Part shown: positions 11,401-18,994 of the stretch, piece by piece
Numbering within the stretch: the first letter of the stretch is position 1
Layout of the letters: the number at the start of each line of letters is the position of its first letter
IMG/VR virus record: IMGVR_UViG_3300037601_000024
Coordinates: 8,412 to 72,411 of that record
From: a virus
Lineage: Duplodnaviria; Caudoviricetes
DNA: 64,000 nucleotides
Direction: 5' to 3' (one strand)
The notes under the pieces: model-generated
What the model was told of the DNA's origin: nothing
Seen by the model: only the letters and a program-made list of their open reading frames with translations
Database searches by the model: none
Translations under genes and position numbers: made by a program

Positions 11401-11743
11401 TCTGTCGGTTCACGATGGCTACTGGACCGGACTGCTGAAGCGGATCAAAGACGACCGCATCATTTCGCCGGATGAAATCAAGACTTACTCTCCCTTCCTT
11501 GATCAGGAAGTCGAGCTGCTGAAGCCGCAATTGATCATCACACTTGGCTCAAATGCGATGCGCCATTTCATTCCGGAGTTGAAGGGTGGGATAATGGATC
11601 ACGTTGGGTCCACCCACTTCCTTCCGAAGCTGGATGCCACCGTTCTGATCGGTTTCAATCCTGGCATGATCTACCATGACCGGGACAAAATGAACGACCT
11701 TGAAGAGGTCTTCAAGAAAGCCGCAGAAATTATCGGTGCTTAA
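8417..11743 (+). CDS. dnaE: DNA polymerase III alpha-like (family C) with fused C-terminal uracil-DNA-glycosylase-like domain
   Basis: PHP N-terminus (RSHFSLGES), GPGRGSVGGSLVAY, PDIDLDF, KLDILGL, YQEQVM, YAFNKSH; C-terminal KPQLIITLG...GFNPG. Confidence 0.95.
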   Translation: MTMLGVRSHFSLGESTLKPEDIKRIAKEAEQSKVVICDTMTINALIETSKLADDTFDPRFGVALRVVDDITIRDKKTRQSIYFPKVYPRNWEAVQALFRAVSEAHRGDNFYMVPRMSWEMFFRMLEQGDFTVTSGDFYGVLERKDAVAKCEAIRSSARDFYVELTPVPTGYHDRVNQIAAFLVKHGDFKPLLSWPTMYDKDGHQSFVINRGIQKRSSYAKEVFLNQPVHEAYHAPSPSELVAYVKSAAERLEKIEPGHKAVWKQAILNQHEFFDALDYKWEKQPIALPNLAEDPDERVKELCVAGLKERMKAHVFGEHISAADYKSKYLPRLKYELGILKDMGFAEYFLLVDNLVRWCKSNGILVGPGRGSVGGSLVAYLMGITDVDPIRFGLIFERFINPSRNDLPDIDLDFMSTRRQEVIDYLVEEFGEEKVAGISNYGVLGSASAIKDVGRVYALDAAKLTVSKYIPKVHGQPVDLATAEKEVAEISTLADDHPQMWKHAVGLQGTMRSYGKHAAGTIVAGCNISDLAIVENRSGERTINWDMRVAESMGLVKLDILGLSTLDTIARAVDNIKKRHSKDVDILSIPLDDEKTLKAFSEGRTIGVFQFEGGAARRILKDMSKVNTVVFNDIVAANALNRPGPIDAGLVEKYVDAKNEEVENELPHPNMADALDETYNVIVYQEQVMQVAVDLCGFSLSEADTLRKAMGKKDKKLMAKLKDQFIDGAESHSGMDRDLAEDLFDQIEVFAGYAFNKSHAAEYSLISYQCMWLKVHYPVEFYAAALSTVKEDKLKPILKDALEAGIEVLPPDINLSERDFVIANDKTLITPLSRVKRAAGRAPEVIMSIRAEGKILSTDDLKKRLTEKKLGRWCNKSVIANLDAVGAFAHVEPGQKPPLDDSRIKDQLTLMPGLVTRVLRVDEKIPQDKHTKARIIGLVKNYSEADEHAVHCSPGIGKRAAFMAVADCPNHSEENEKMFAKGRSFDYCREALAGAGLSVHDGYWTGLLKRIKDDRIISPDEIKTYSPFLDQEVELLKPQLIITLGSNAMRHFIPELKGGIMDHVGSTHFLPKLDATVLIGFNPGMIYHDRDKMNDLEEVFKKAAEIIGA

Positions 11744-11827
11744 TTGTAAGTCATTATTGACAATATTTCTTGCGCTGGTATTGTGCAACCTCATTCAAAA
11801 CGAGTGAACAAAACAGAGGCTAAAACC

Positions 11828-12397
11828 ATGCAACAAACCACCATCCTTGGCTTTCTTGGAACAGAGGAATTCGACGCCATTCCCGGCTCGAACACGTTCC
11901 GAATTGGCCATCGCTATGATCAGATTTTGCGGAAAGGCGACGAAGTCGTAATTCGCGATGATGATCTGCACCAGCTTCGCGGCACAGCGGTCGTCTCAGA
12001 CGTCTGGACCGGGAGCTTGCGTAACATGCTGCAAGAGCACGGCGATGAAAATCACCACCTGACGCGCGAACACTCTGAAGTTCGCCGCGCGGACCTGAAG
12101 TGCTTCCTCGAAGACGTCTACCGCGAGCTTGGCTACGACGTGGACGACACGACGCCATTCACCGTCATCTACTTCGAAGAAGCCGAGGAAGACTCTTCTG
12201 GCGCCGAAGGTGAGATCGAAACCGAAGAAGAGCCTGCGACATCAGAAGATGACGGCGCCGGCAAGGTGGAAGCGACTCCAACCCCCGCTGCGTCTGAGAC
12301 TGAGCCGACCACTCAGGAGCCGCAGCCTGGCACCGTGTTCTCTGGCGCTCAGACCAGCGAGACTTCTACCGAAGCAGAGACAGAGGCTGCGGCCTAA
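11828..12397 (+). CDS. Hypothetical protein, possible ASCH/PUA-like fold with acidic tail
   Basis: FRIG...GDEVV...G.A.V...H..NH...L..VY...TVIY pattern; E/T/P-rich C-terminus. Confidence 0.6.
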   Translation: MQQTTILGFLGTEEFDAIPGSNTFRIGHRYDQILRKGDEVVIRDDDLHQLRGTAVVSDVWTGSLRNMLQEHGDENHHLTREHSEVRRADLKCFLEDVYRELGYDVDDTTPFTVIYFEEAEEDSSGAEGEIETEEEPATSEDDGAGKVEATPTPAASETEPTTQEPQPGTVFSGAQTSETSTEAETEAAA

Positions 12398-12909
12398 TGT
12401 CAGACACCATCTTAAAGGTTGGACCCTACAAGGTGGATCAATTCGTGTCGGCCGAGCAACTTGCGGCCGACACAAACCTCAACGGCGCAGATTTGAATGA
12501 CAGCTTCCTGAACCAATCCGGTTTGATGGCGTTCTATTCAACTCTGCTCGCGAAAGCAGGCTACCAGACCGGCGAGTTCAAATTGAAGCGCGATGTCCAA
12601 ATGGCCATCGTCTCCAAAGAGTTTCGGGAAAATCCACCTTCCGACAAGAAACTCACCGAATCGGCACTGTCTGAATTGGTTTTGACGGATAAGCGCGTTC
12701 AAGCGGTGAAAGCCGCCTACCTGCGCGCCGAAGAAGTTGAGGCTGTTATCAAGGGTGCTGTCGAAGCACTCCGCCATCGCAAGGATATGGTCGTCCAACT
12801 CGGCGCCGCATCTCGCGAGGAAGCTAAAGGCGCTGTCCGCATGAAAATGACGTCGGACACTTCTGATCGGAGCTCGGCTCTGAAAGCGAAGCTCGCAAAG
12901 GCGAAATAG
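12397..12909 (+). CDS. Helical protein, probable UvsY-like recombination mediator
   Basis: KLTESALSELV...ALRHRKDMVVQLG pattern; next to SSB and RecA (inferred). Confidence 0.55.
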   Translation: MSDTILKVGPYKVDQFVSAEQLAADTNLNGADLNDSFLNQSGLMAFYSTLLAKAGYQTGEFKLKRDVQMAIVSKEFRENPPSDKKLTESALSELVLTDKRVQAVKAAYLRAEEVEAVIKGAVEALRHRKDMVVQLGAASREEAKGAVRMKMTSDTSDRSSALKAKLAKAK

Positions 12910-13051
12910 GTTTCCCACGAGACCTGAAAAGTTTCGCACAGTAATGTGCGGATAACGGAACTCCGGTTCCACAACCCCGTCACAAAGTCAGTCATTCATG
13001 ACTGATAAGTGGCGAGACTGAAAGCAATGCAAGCAGAAAAGGAAAGTAAGC

Positions 13052-13939
13052 ATGGCAGGATTGAGAGACCGCATCGCGGCAAAACGTCAGGCAATCGCTG
13101 ACAAGAGCGCTGGCTTCGAACGTTCGTTCAAATGGTCAGTTGGGAAAACGTATTTCCGCCTCCTCCCAGGTAAGGCCGAAGCGGAAGAATTCTTCGAAGA
13201 AATCGGGGTCCACTGGATCAAGTCCAAAGGCAAAGTTGTCACCTCTGTTGGTGACCGCGAAATTTGCTTCGGCGAACCGTGTCCGATCCGCGAGGGTATC
13301 GAAAGCGTCATGGCTCACGCACGTGACATCGGCGACGACGATATGCTCAAGGAAGCAAAAGACATGCTCGCCAAACCGCGCTTCTTCGCGAACGGTATCA
13401 TCATCAAGGCTCCCGGCGAGTTTGAAAAAGACAAGCCGGAACTGCTCGAATTCTCCGAGCGGACTTGGGACCAAATCCTTTCGCAAATGGAAGACATGAT
13501 CGAAGAACTGGACGAAGGCGCGGACCTCACCAAAGAAGGTCCATTCGCTCTTGACGGCGGCGTTGTCTTCGTTCTGGAAAAATCGGGTTCGGGTCTGGAG
13601 ACGCGTTACAACGTCTATACCCACTCGAAGAAAGCGAAAGCTCCCGCAGGTGTGCTCGAAGCAGCAGTCGATCTCGCTGGCTATAAACGCTCGCAGTTCG
13701 ATGAACGGGGCCGCAAGGCACTCGCTGCTCTTGGTGCCATGATCGGTGAAGACCTGTCAGACTCCGTCGCCGACGCTCTGACAGCACCGGCTCAGACCAA
13801 GCAACTCGCCGCGCCAGAATCCACCGACGATGACTTTGTCGACGAAGACGACGTGATTGAAGGCGAAGTCGCCGAAGAGACTCCCGCAGAGGAAGAACTC
13901 TCCGACGATGACATTCTGGCGGACCTCGACGACCTGTAA
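13052..13939 (+). CDS. Phage single-stranded DNA-binding protein (gp32-like) with acidic tail
   Basis: YFRLLP...HW...C...CPI; GSGLETRY; acidic C-terminus DDDILADLDDL. Confidence 0.75.
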   Translation: MAGLRDRIAAKRQAIADKSAGFERSFKWSVGKTYFRLLPGKAEAEEFFEEIGVHWIKSKGKVVTSVGDREICFGEPCPIREGIESVMAHARDIGDDDMLKEAKDMLAKPRFFANGIIIKAPGEFEKDKPELLEFSERTWDQILSQMEDMIEELDEGADLTKEGPFALDGGVVFVLEKSGSGLETRYNVYTHSKKAKAPAGVLEAAVDLAGYKRSQFDERGRKALAALGAMIGEDLSDSVADALTAPAQTKQLAAPESTDDDFVDEDDVIEGEVAEETPAEEELSDDDILADLDDL

Positions 13940-13961
13940 GGGTACGTCAACCGTCCAAACC

Positions 13962-13993
13962 GAGGCCGCGTCGTTCGCATCCGGCGCGGCCTC
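13962..13993 (+). terminator. Stem-loop after the SSB gene
   Basis: GAGGCCGCG / CGCGGCCTC inverted repeat, weak T tail. Confidence 0.5.
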
Positions 13994-14008
13994 ATTTGCG
14001 AGGTTACT

Positions 14009-14947
14009 ATGGAACAGACCAAAAAGACAATCTTGGATGGCAACTCGATCGGTTTCCTGGCGCAACAATGCGGAGCGAAGCTGAAAGCCGGCGAAATCGA
14101 AACAACTGCGGTGTTTGGCTTCGTTCAAATCGTCCGCGATATCGTCAGCAAATCACGAGGCTCCGGAATTCTCGTCCTCTGGGATGGCTATTCTTGGCGC
14201 AAACAGGAGTCGACTGAGTACAAAGCCAACCGTGGCGTCACGAAAGAAAATCAGGCAATGCGTAAAGCGTACAAGTCGCAAGGCAAGTACATCCGCAAAT
14301 GTCTGACCGCTCTCGGCATCACACAAGCTGTGGCCGGAAATCTGGAAGCGGATGACATGGCCGCGATCCTGAGTGAACGATACGTCAAAAACGGTTGCAC
14401 CGTTCAGCTCTACACCCGAGACCGCGACTGGTTGCAGATGGTTCAACCCGGCGTCGTGTGGAAGGATCACCAAGATCACAACCGCATCTCTCATAAGAAG
14501 TTCATGGAAGAAACTGGGTATCCCGATCGCTTCCAGTTCGCAGAAGCGAAAGCTCTGACCGGAGATGCCTCTGACAACATCAAGGGTGTCGGCCAGATCG
14601 GTGAAGTGAAGGCAAAACTCATCCTCGAAATCTGGGGCAGCGTTCCAAAATTCCTCGAAGACGACAATCCTGCCGAGACTTGGAAGCAGACCCAATCCGG
14701 CAAGTTTCCGAAAGCCATGAACGACTTTCACTCAATGTCAGAACGCATTGAGAAGTGGGAAGAAAACCTGCGAATGATGCAACTGGTCTGGCCGGAACAA
14801 CTTCCGACGCCGGAGAACCTTCGCGTCGTCAAAGGTGACTTCAACCGTCAAGCTTTCGAAGCAATCTGCAAAGAGCTGGCGTTCCATTCTTTCCTTAAAG
14901 ACATGGACCGCTTCATCCACCCATTCACCCCTATCACTGGAGACTAA
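14009..14947 (+). CDS. 5'-3' exonuclease / flap endonuclease (Pol I N-terminal, T4 RNase H-like)
   Basis: LDGNS, WDG, EYKANR, EADD, DRDWLQ, ALTGDASDNIKGVGQIG. Confidence 0.92.
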   Translation: MEQTKKTILDGNSIGFLAQQCGAKLKAGEIETTAVFGFVQIVRDIVSKSRGSGILVLWDGYSWRKQESTEYKANRGVTKENQAMRKAYKSQGKYIRKCLTALGITQAVAGNLEADDMAAILSERYVKNGCTVQLYTRDRDWLQMVQPGVVWKDHQDHNRISHKKFMEETGYPDRFQFAEAKALTGDASDNIKGVGQIGEVKAKLILEIWGSVPKFLEDDNPAETWKQTQSGKFPKAMNDFHSMSERIEKWEENLRMMQLVWPEQLPTPENLRVVKGDFNRQAFEAICKELAFHSFLKDMDRFIHPFTPITGD

Positions 14948-14948
14948 T

Positions 14949-15938
14949 ATGGCATCTCTTGCAGACGCTCTCGCGAAGAAGAGTATCACAAACGCCGAAA
15001 ACCTGGCGCCTTCAATTTGGCTCGACACCGGCTACCCTGTCCTGAACAAGCGCGTGTCAGGCGACTATCAGAAAGGGTTCCCGCTCGGCCGCATTGTCGA
15101 GATTTTCGGACCTCCATCGGCTGGTAAGACCGCGATCGCCACCAAAGCGATGATCTCCGCACAAGCTGCCGGCGGACTGGCGATCTTCATGGATCACGAA
15201 CGAAGCTTCGACAGTCGCCTTGCTGAAAAGCTCGGCCTCGATCTCGATCCAAACCGGTTTGTCTATCTGGCGCCGGAGACGTTCGAGCAAAGCATGGATC
15301 AAGTTGTCGAGATTGGCGAAACTGTTCGCTCCGGTGACTTTGGTATCGATGCGGACGCGCCGATCTGCGTCGTCTTCGACTCGCTCGCCTCAATGGTCCC
15401 GAAGTCGAAGTGGGACAAAGCTGCTGCCGAATACAATATGAACGACAACACAGCGCTCGCTCGTGCGACGTCAGCCGCCTTCCCTGCTTTCGCGCAACGT
15501 TGCGAGAAATGGAACATGTTGGCGATTTTCCTGAACCAAGCGCGCACCAAGATCGGTGTCATGTTCGGGGATCCAACCACGACGCCAGGCGGAAGCTCGC
15601 CTGAGTTCTATTCGTCGATCCGCTTGAAACTTGGCGGCGGTAAGTTGAAAGAGAATGGCGGCAAGACGGTCGGTTGCGAAACGGTGAAAAACAAGGTTCA
15701 CCGACCGTTCCTGAAATGCTCTTGGGACTTCGTGTTCCAAGATGATGGGTCAGGCAAGTTCGACGTTGTTGGCGGCGTCATCGAAGAGCTGAAAGAACTC
15801 GGCGCACTCGAGACTGCTGGCGCGTACATCATCTGGACCGATGGTAAGAAGTACCACAAAGCGCCGCTGGTGAAGAAGATCGAAGACGAAGGACTTCAAG
15901 CGGAACTGTTCGCCTTGCTGCCTGGCTGGGAGGACTAA
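14949..15938 (+). CDS. recA: RecA/UvsX recombinase
   Basis: GRIVEIFGPPSAGKT, VFDSLASM, FLNQ, TPGG, RLKL, KNKV. Confidence 0.93.
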   Translation: MASLADALAKKSITNAENLAPSIWLDTGYPVLNKRVSGDYQKGFPLGRIVEIFGPPSAGKTAIATKAMISAQAAGGLAIFMDHERSFDSRLAEKLGLDLDPNRFVYLAPETFEQSMDQVVEIGETVRSGDFGIDADAPICVVFDSLASMVPKSKWDKAAAEYNMNDNTALARATSAAFPAFAQRCEKWNMLAIFLNQARTKIGVMFGDPTTTPGGSSPEFYSSIRLKLGGGKLKENGGKTVGCETVKNKVHRPFLKCSWDFVFQDDGSGKFDVVGGVIEELKELGALETAGAYIIWTDGKKYHKAPLVKKIEDEGLQAELFALLPGWED

Positions 15939-16229
15939 GTGTCCGTCGGATTTATCGAAGAAGCTGTGAAGGAAGAGATGGTCCCCGTGACTATCTCTTT
16001 TCACTCTGGCACCAAAGAGATTGCGAAGTTTGGCTATCGCAACGCGGTCGCGTTGTTCGCCAACCAAGAACTGTACGAAGCAGGCATAGTAAGTTTGCCA
16101 AGATACTATCCATCCGGAACGCGTCTATTTCAGCTCCAACATTCAACGATTGAACGGCTCGAAGTCGCAACGAACGACCTCAAAAAATTCATAGATGCAG
16201 TGAAGGATAAAATCGCCAATGAAGACTGA
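15939..16229 (+). CDS. Hypothetical protein
   Basis: GTG start after GGAGG, directly after recA. Confidence 0.55.
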   Translation: MSVGFIEEAVKEEMVPVTISFHSGTKEIAKFGYRNAVALFANQELYEAGIVSLPRYYPSGTRLFQLQHSTIERLEVATNDLKKFIDAVKDKIANED

Positions 16230-16793
16230 TGTTCGCTATATCAAAGGCGTCTCGTATGGAGTTTCGGTGCCGAAATCTTGGGACGAGAAAGGAATCTCAC
16301 TTTGTGAGTATTGTGCGGCTCAGAACTTCTGCGGCACAGCCTTATCATCACCGAACGATCCGATATCTGGATGTGATGCCACGATCTTGCCACTGACGTT
16401 CCAAGACAAGACCGGTCTACACCGGCAGTATTTTTCAACGATCCGCCTTGGTAAAGCATGGGGTGAACGCCTCTCCGCAATTTCTGGCATTGTAGCACTG
16501 GTTCACAAGACGAAGACGAAGGAAACCGTACTGGGATTTGCCGACGCCATACATCACGTGACCGTCCCAAAAGATGAGGCGATAAAAAGTTTTCGGACTT
16601 GAACCATCTCATAGTCGATCGTCCTGGCACTAAGGAACAGAAGTTAGATTTTTTGAGTAAGACGATCCGCCGCTACTATGGCGGCTTCGATCAAGACGGA
16701 ACCAAGCCATATACCGTAATCACATTGAAGAGGCTAACAGATGACGAAAGTGCGCGGATCGAAGCGACTTGGCCAGTGGATCACCGATTCTAA
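16219..16793 (+). pseudogene. Frameshift-split gene (16219-16602 + 16599-16793), paralogous to 11828-12397
   Basis: One extra A in the A5 run at 16584-16588 would join the two ORFs as ...AIKKFSDLNHL...; the joined product matches the motif order of 11828-12397. Confidence 0.6.
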
Positions 16794-17193
16794 TTCTGAA
16801 GTGATCGAGCGCTTCCACAAGCGCCGCTTCAAAGACGTCATGCTGGTCATCAAACGAAAGACCACCGGCGCCACCCTGGTCATCGTAACGCGCAAGCATC
16901 GCGATAGCTTCCGCAATGGTGAGAAGAGTATCAGCGCAGCGCGCAAGTCCGACCAAGAAACGTGGCCAATTGACGCTCATCTTTTACGTAAAACTAAACG
17001 CTACAAGCCGGATCGCGTTGTGGTCTATCTGGTGGACACAGATGATTTTTGGCTAAGCAACTTTGACGACTGGTTTGACCCGCATGTCCGCATCACACGG
17101 CGATCTAAGTATGGCGGTGAAGAAATATATCACATGCCGTCGAGTAAAATGACGCATGTCCCGAGCTTTAGCCACTTGCGTTCTGTGTCGTAA
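16741..17193 (+). CDS. Hypothetical basic protein
   Basis: 150-aa ORF within the operon; start uncertain. Confidence 0.6.
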   Translation: MTKVRGSKRLGQWITDSNSEVIERFHKRRFKDVMLVIKRKTTGATLVIVTRKHRDSFRNGEKSISAARKSDQETWPIDAHLLRKTKRYKPDRVVVYLVDTDDFWLSNFDDWFDPHVRITRRSKYGGEEIYHMPSSKMTHVPSFSHLRSVS

Positions 17194-17230
17194 CTGATTA
17201 TCACTTATTCATGACAATACGGAGGATCAA

Positions 17231-18283
17231 TTGACAGACATACCCTACGCTCTTTGCTCAGACGTGCACTGCCACGGATGGTCAGCTTTCGCGACCACAA
17301 ACAAAGACGGTGTAAACTCCCGCCTCCAGATCATTCTCGACGAGCTGTTGGCATGTGCAACCGAACTCCGGTCGCGAGGTGGTGAAGTCATGGTAATCGC
17401 CGGTGACCTCTTTCATGTTCGAGGCTCTGTGAAACCTTCGGTGATGAACCCCGTAATGGAGACATTTCAGAAGATCGGAAAGATGGGTGTCTTTGTTGTC
17501 GCGATTGCTGGAAATCATGACCTTGAGGGGAAGGATGCGGACACAATTGGAAACGCTATGCAGGCTCTTGGAGCGCTCACATCGTTCGATCCAGTTACTG
17601 CACCGACAGATCTCTTTGAACCTAAAATAGCTTTGCTCCCTTGGTACTCCGACATCAACGAGTTGCGAGCGAAAATTAAAACTGCTGCAGACAATGCCGA
17701 TCCCGGCGTGACAGATCTGGTGATCCACGCACCTCTAAATGGTGTCATTAAGGGAATACCTGACGCTGGATTGGATCCAGCTGAATTGTCTGATCTCGGA
17801 TTCAACCGCGTGTTCGTGGGTCACTTCCATAACCACAAGTCATTCGAAAACGGTAAAGTTTACTCGGTCGGGGCGACTACGCATCAAACCTGGAACGATC
17901 CTGGCAGTCGCGCTGGTTTCTGTATGGTGTACCCTGACCGAGTAGAGTTCATCCCGTCATCGGCTCCATCTTTCGTCGATATTAAAAAGCCGGAAGAGGT
18001 GGAAGAGGAGGTGGTCAGCGGAAACTATGTCCGCTTGAAGCTCGTTGATGTGACTGAAGCTGAGATCAAAACGTTCCGCACCGAATTGGAGAATCTCGGC
18101 GCTAAAGGTGTCAACATCATTGCGACCAAGAAAACTGAATCGACTCGCGCAGCTTCTATCAGTTCCGGCGCCTCACTCGAAGTTTCTGTCGCTGAGTATA
18201 TTGAGAAAGACTCAGGCTTTTCCGATCAGAAGAAACTCCAAGAGCTTGCGTCTAGTATCCTTACGGAGGCTCGCTCGCGATGA
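17231..18283 (+). CDS. sbcD: SbcD/Mre11-like metallophosphoesterase nuclease
   Basis: SDVH, AGDLFH, AGNHD, GHFH; TTG start after GGAGG. Confidence 0.9.
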   Translation: MTDIPYALCSDVHCHGWSAFATTNKDGVNSRLQIILDELLACATELRSRGGEVMVIAGDLFHVRGSVKPSVMNPVMETFQKIGKMGVFVVAIAGNHDLEGKDADTIGNAMQALGALTSFDPVTAPTDLFEPKIALLPWYSDINELRAKIKTAADNADPGVTDLVIHAPLNGVIKGIPDAGLDPAELSDLGFNRVFVGHFHNHKSFENGKVYSVGATTHQTWNDPGSRAGFCMVYPDRVEFIPSSAPSFVDIKKPEEVEEEVVSGNYVRLKLVDVTEAEIKTFRTELENLGAKGVNIIATKKTESTRAASISSGASLEVSVAEYIEKDSGFSDQKKLQELASSILTEARSR

Positions 18284-18492
18284 ACTCAACAGATAGAGAA
18301 GAATATTTCTATGTGCTGGTTGCCAGAGCGGCACGAGCGCTACTGACCGAGAAGAATACCAACGGTATGGCGTTTCAGCTCGGCGGTGTTCGAATAAACA
18401 TTCAGGACGCTGACACTCAAATTGCTGTCGGCAAAGATAGTCCGTCGATTCAGCACCTATCAGAACGAGCGAGACGACTTTATGAGATATAG
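18280..18492 (+). CDS. Hypothetical protein
   Basis: ATGA overlap with sbcD. Confidence 0.55.
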   Translation: MNSTDREEYFYVLVARAARALLTEKNTNGMAFQLGGVRINIQDADTQIAVGKDSPSIQHLSERARRLYEI

Positions 18493-18994
18493 AGAAACTT
18501 GGAAACCTGTCGCGGGTTATGAGGGTTATTACGAAGTTTCAGACGCTGGTAGAGTTCGCAGTATTCGAACCAACTTCGGCAATCCTCGTATCCGAGGTCT
18601 CCGACAGTCAACCACTCATGATGGTTATCGTCGCGTTTGCCTTTCTAAAGACAATAAGAAGCGTCACGCTCATGTCGCCCACCTAGTGTTAGAGGCGTTC
18701 GTTGGACCACGGCCAGCCGGGATGCAAGCGTGCCACGGACCTGCCGGCAAGACTCAAAACAGTTTGTCCAACCTGCGGTGGGATACCCCTGAAGCTAACT
18801 ATCAAGATCGCGCCAGAGACGGAAATGTAAAGGCTGGCGACAGTCATCCGATGGCTAAGATTACCACTGCTGTTGCTCGTAAAGTTAAACAATCACCCAG
18901 CTCGCTTACAGCGAGGCAAGTCGCTGAGAAGTTGGGAGTATCAATCCACACGGTTCGTATGATCCGACAGGGAAGAATTTGGAGAAAAGCGTGA
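18482..18994 (+). CDS. NUMOD4-HNH homing endonuclease
   Basis: WKPVAGYEGYYEVSDAGRVRS (NUMOD4); VAHLVLEAFVGPRP...CH...N.L.NLRW...N. Confidence 0.9.
   Translation: MRYRETWKPVAGYEGYYEVSDAGRVRSIRTNFGNPRIRGLRQSTTHDGYRRVCLSKDNKKRHAHVAHLVLEAFVGPRPAGMQACHGPAGKTQNSLSNLRWDTPEANYQDRARDGNVKAGDSHPMAKITTAVARKVKQSPSSLTARQVAEKLGVSIHTVRMIRQGRIWRKA

Noticed and set aside
14835-14948. N-terminal extensions in the ORF track (recA 14835, ruvC 22568, kinase 27635, int 63745, HNH 18422)
   Set aside because: They overlap upstream genes or lack an RBS; downstream starts have an RBS or translational coupling.
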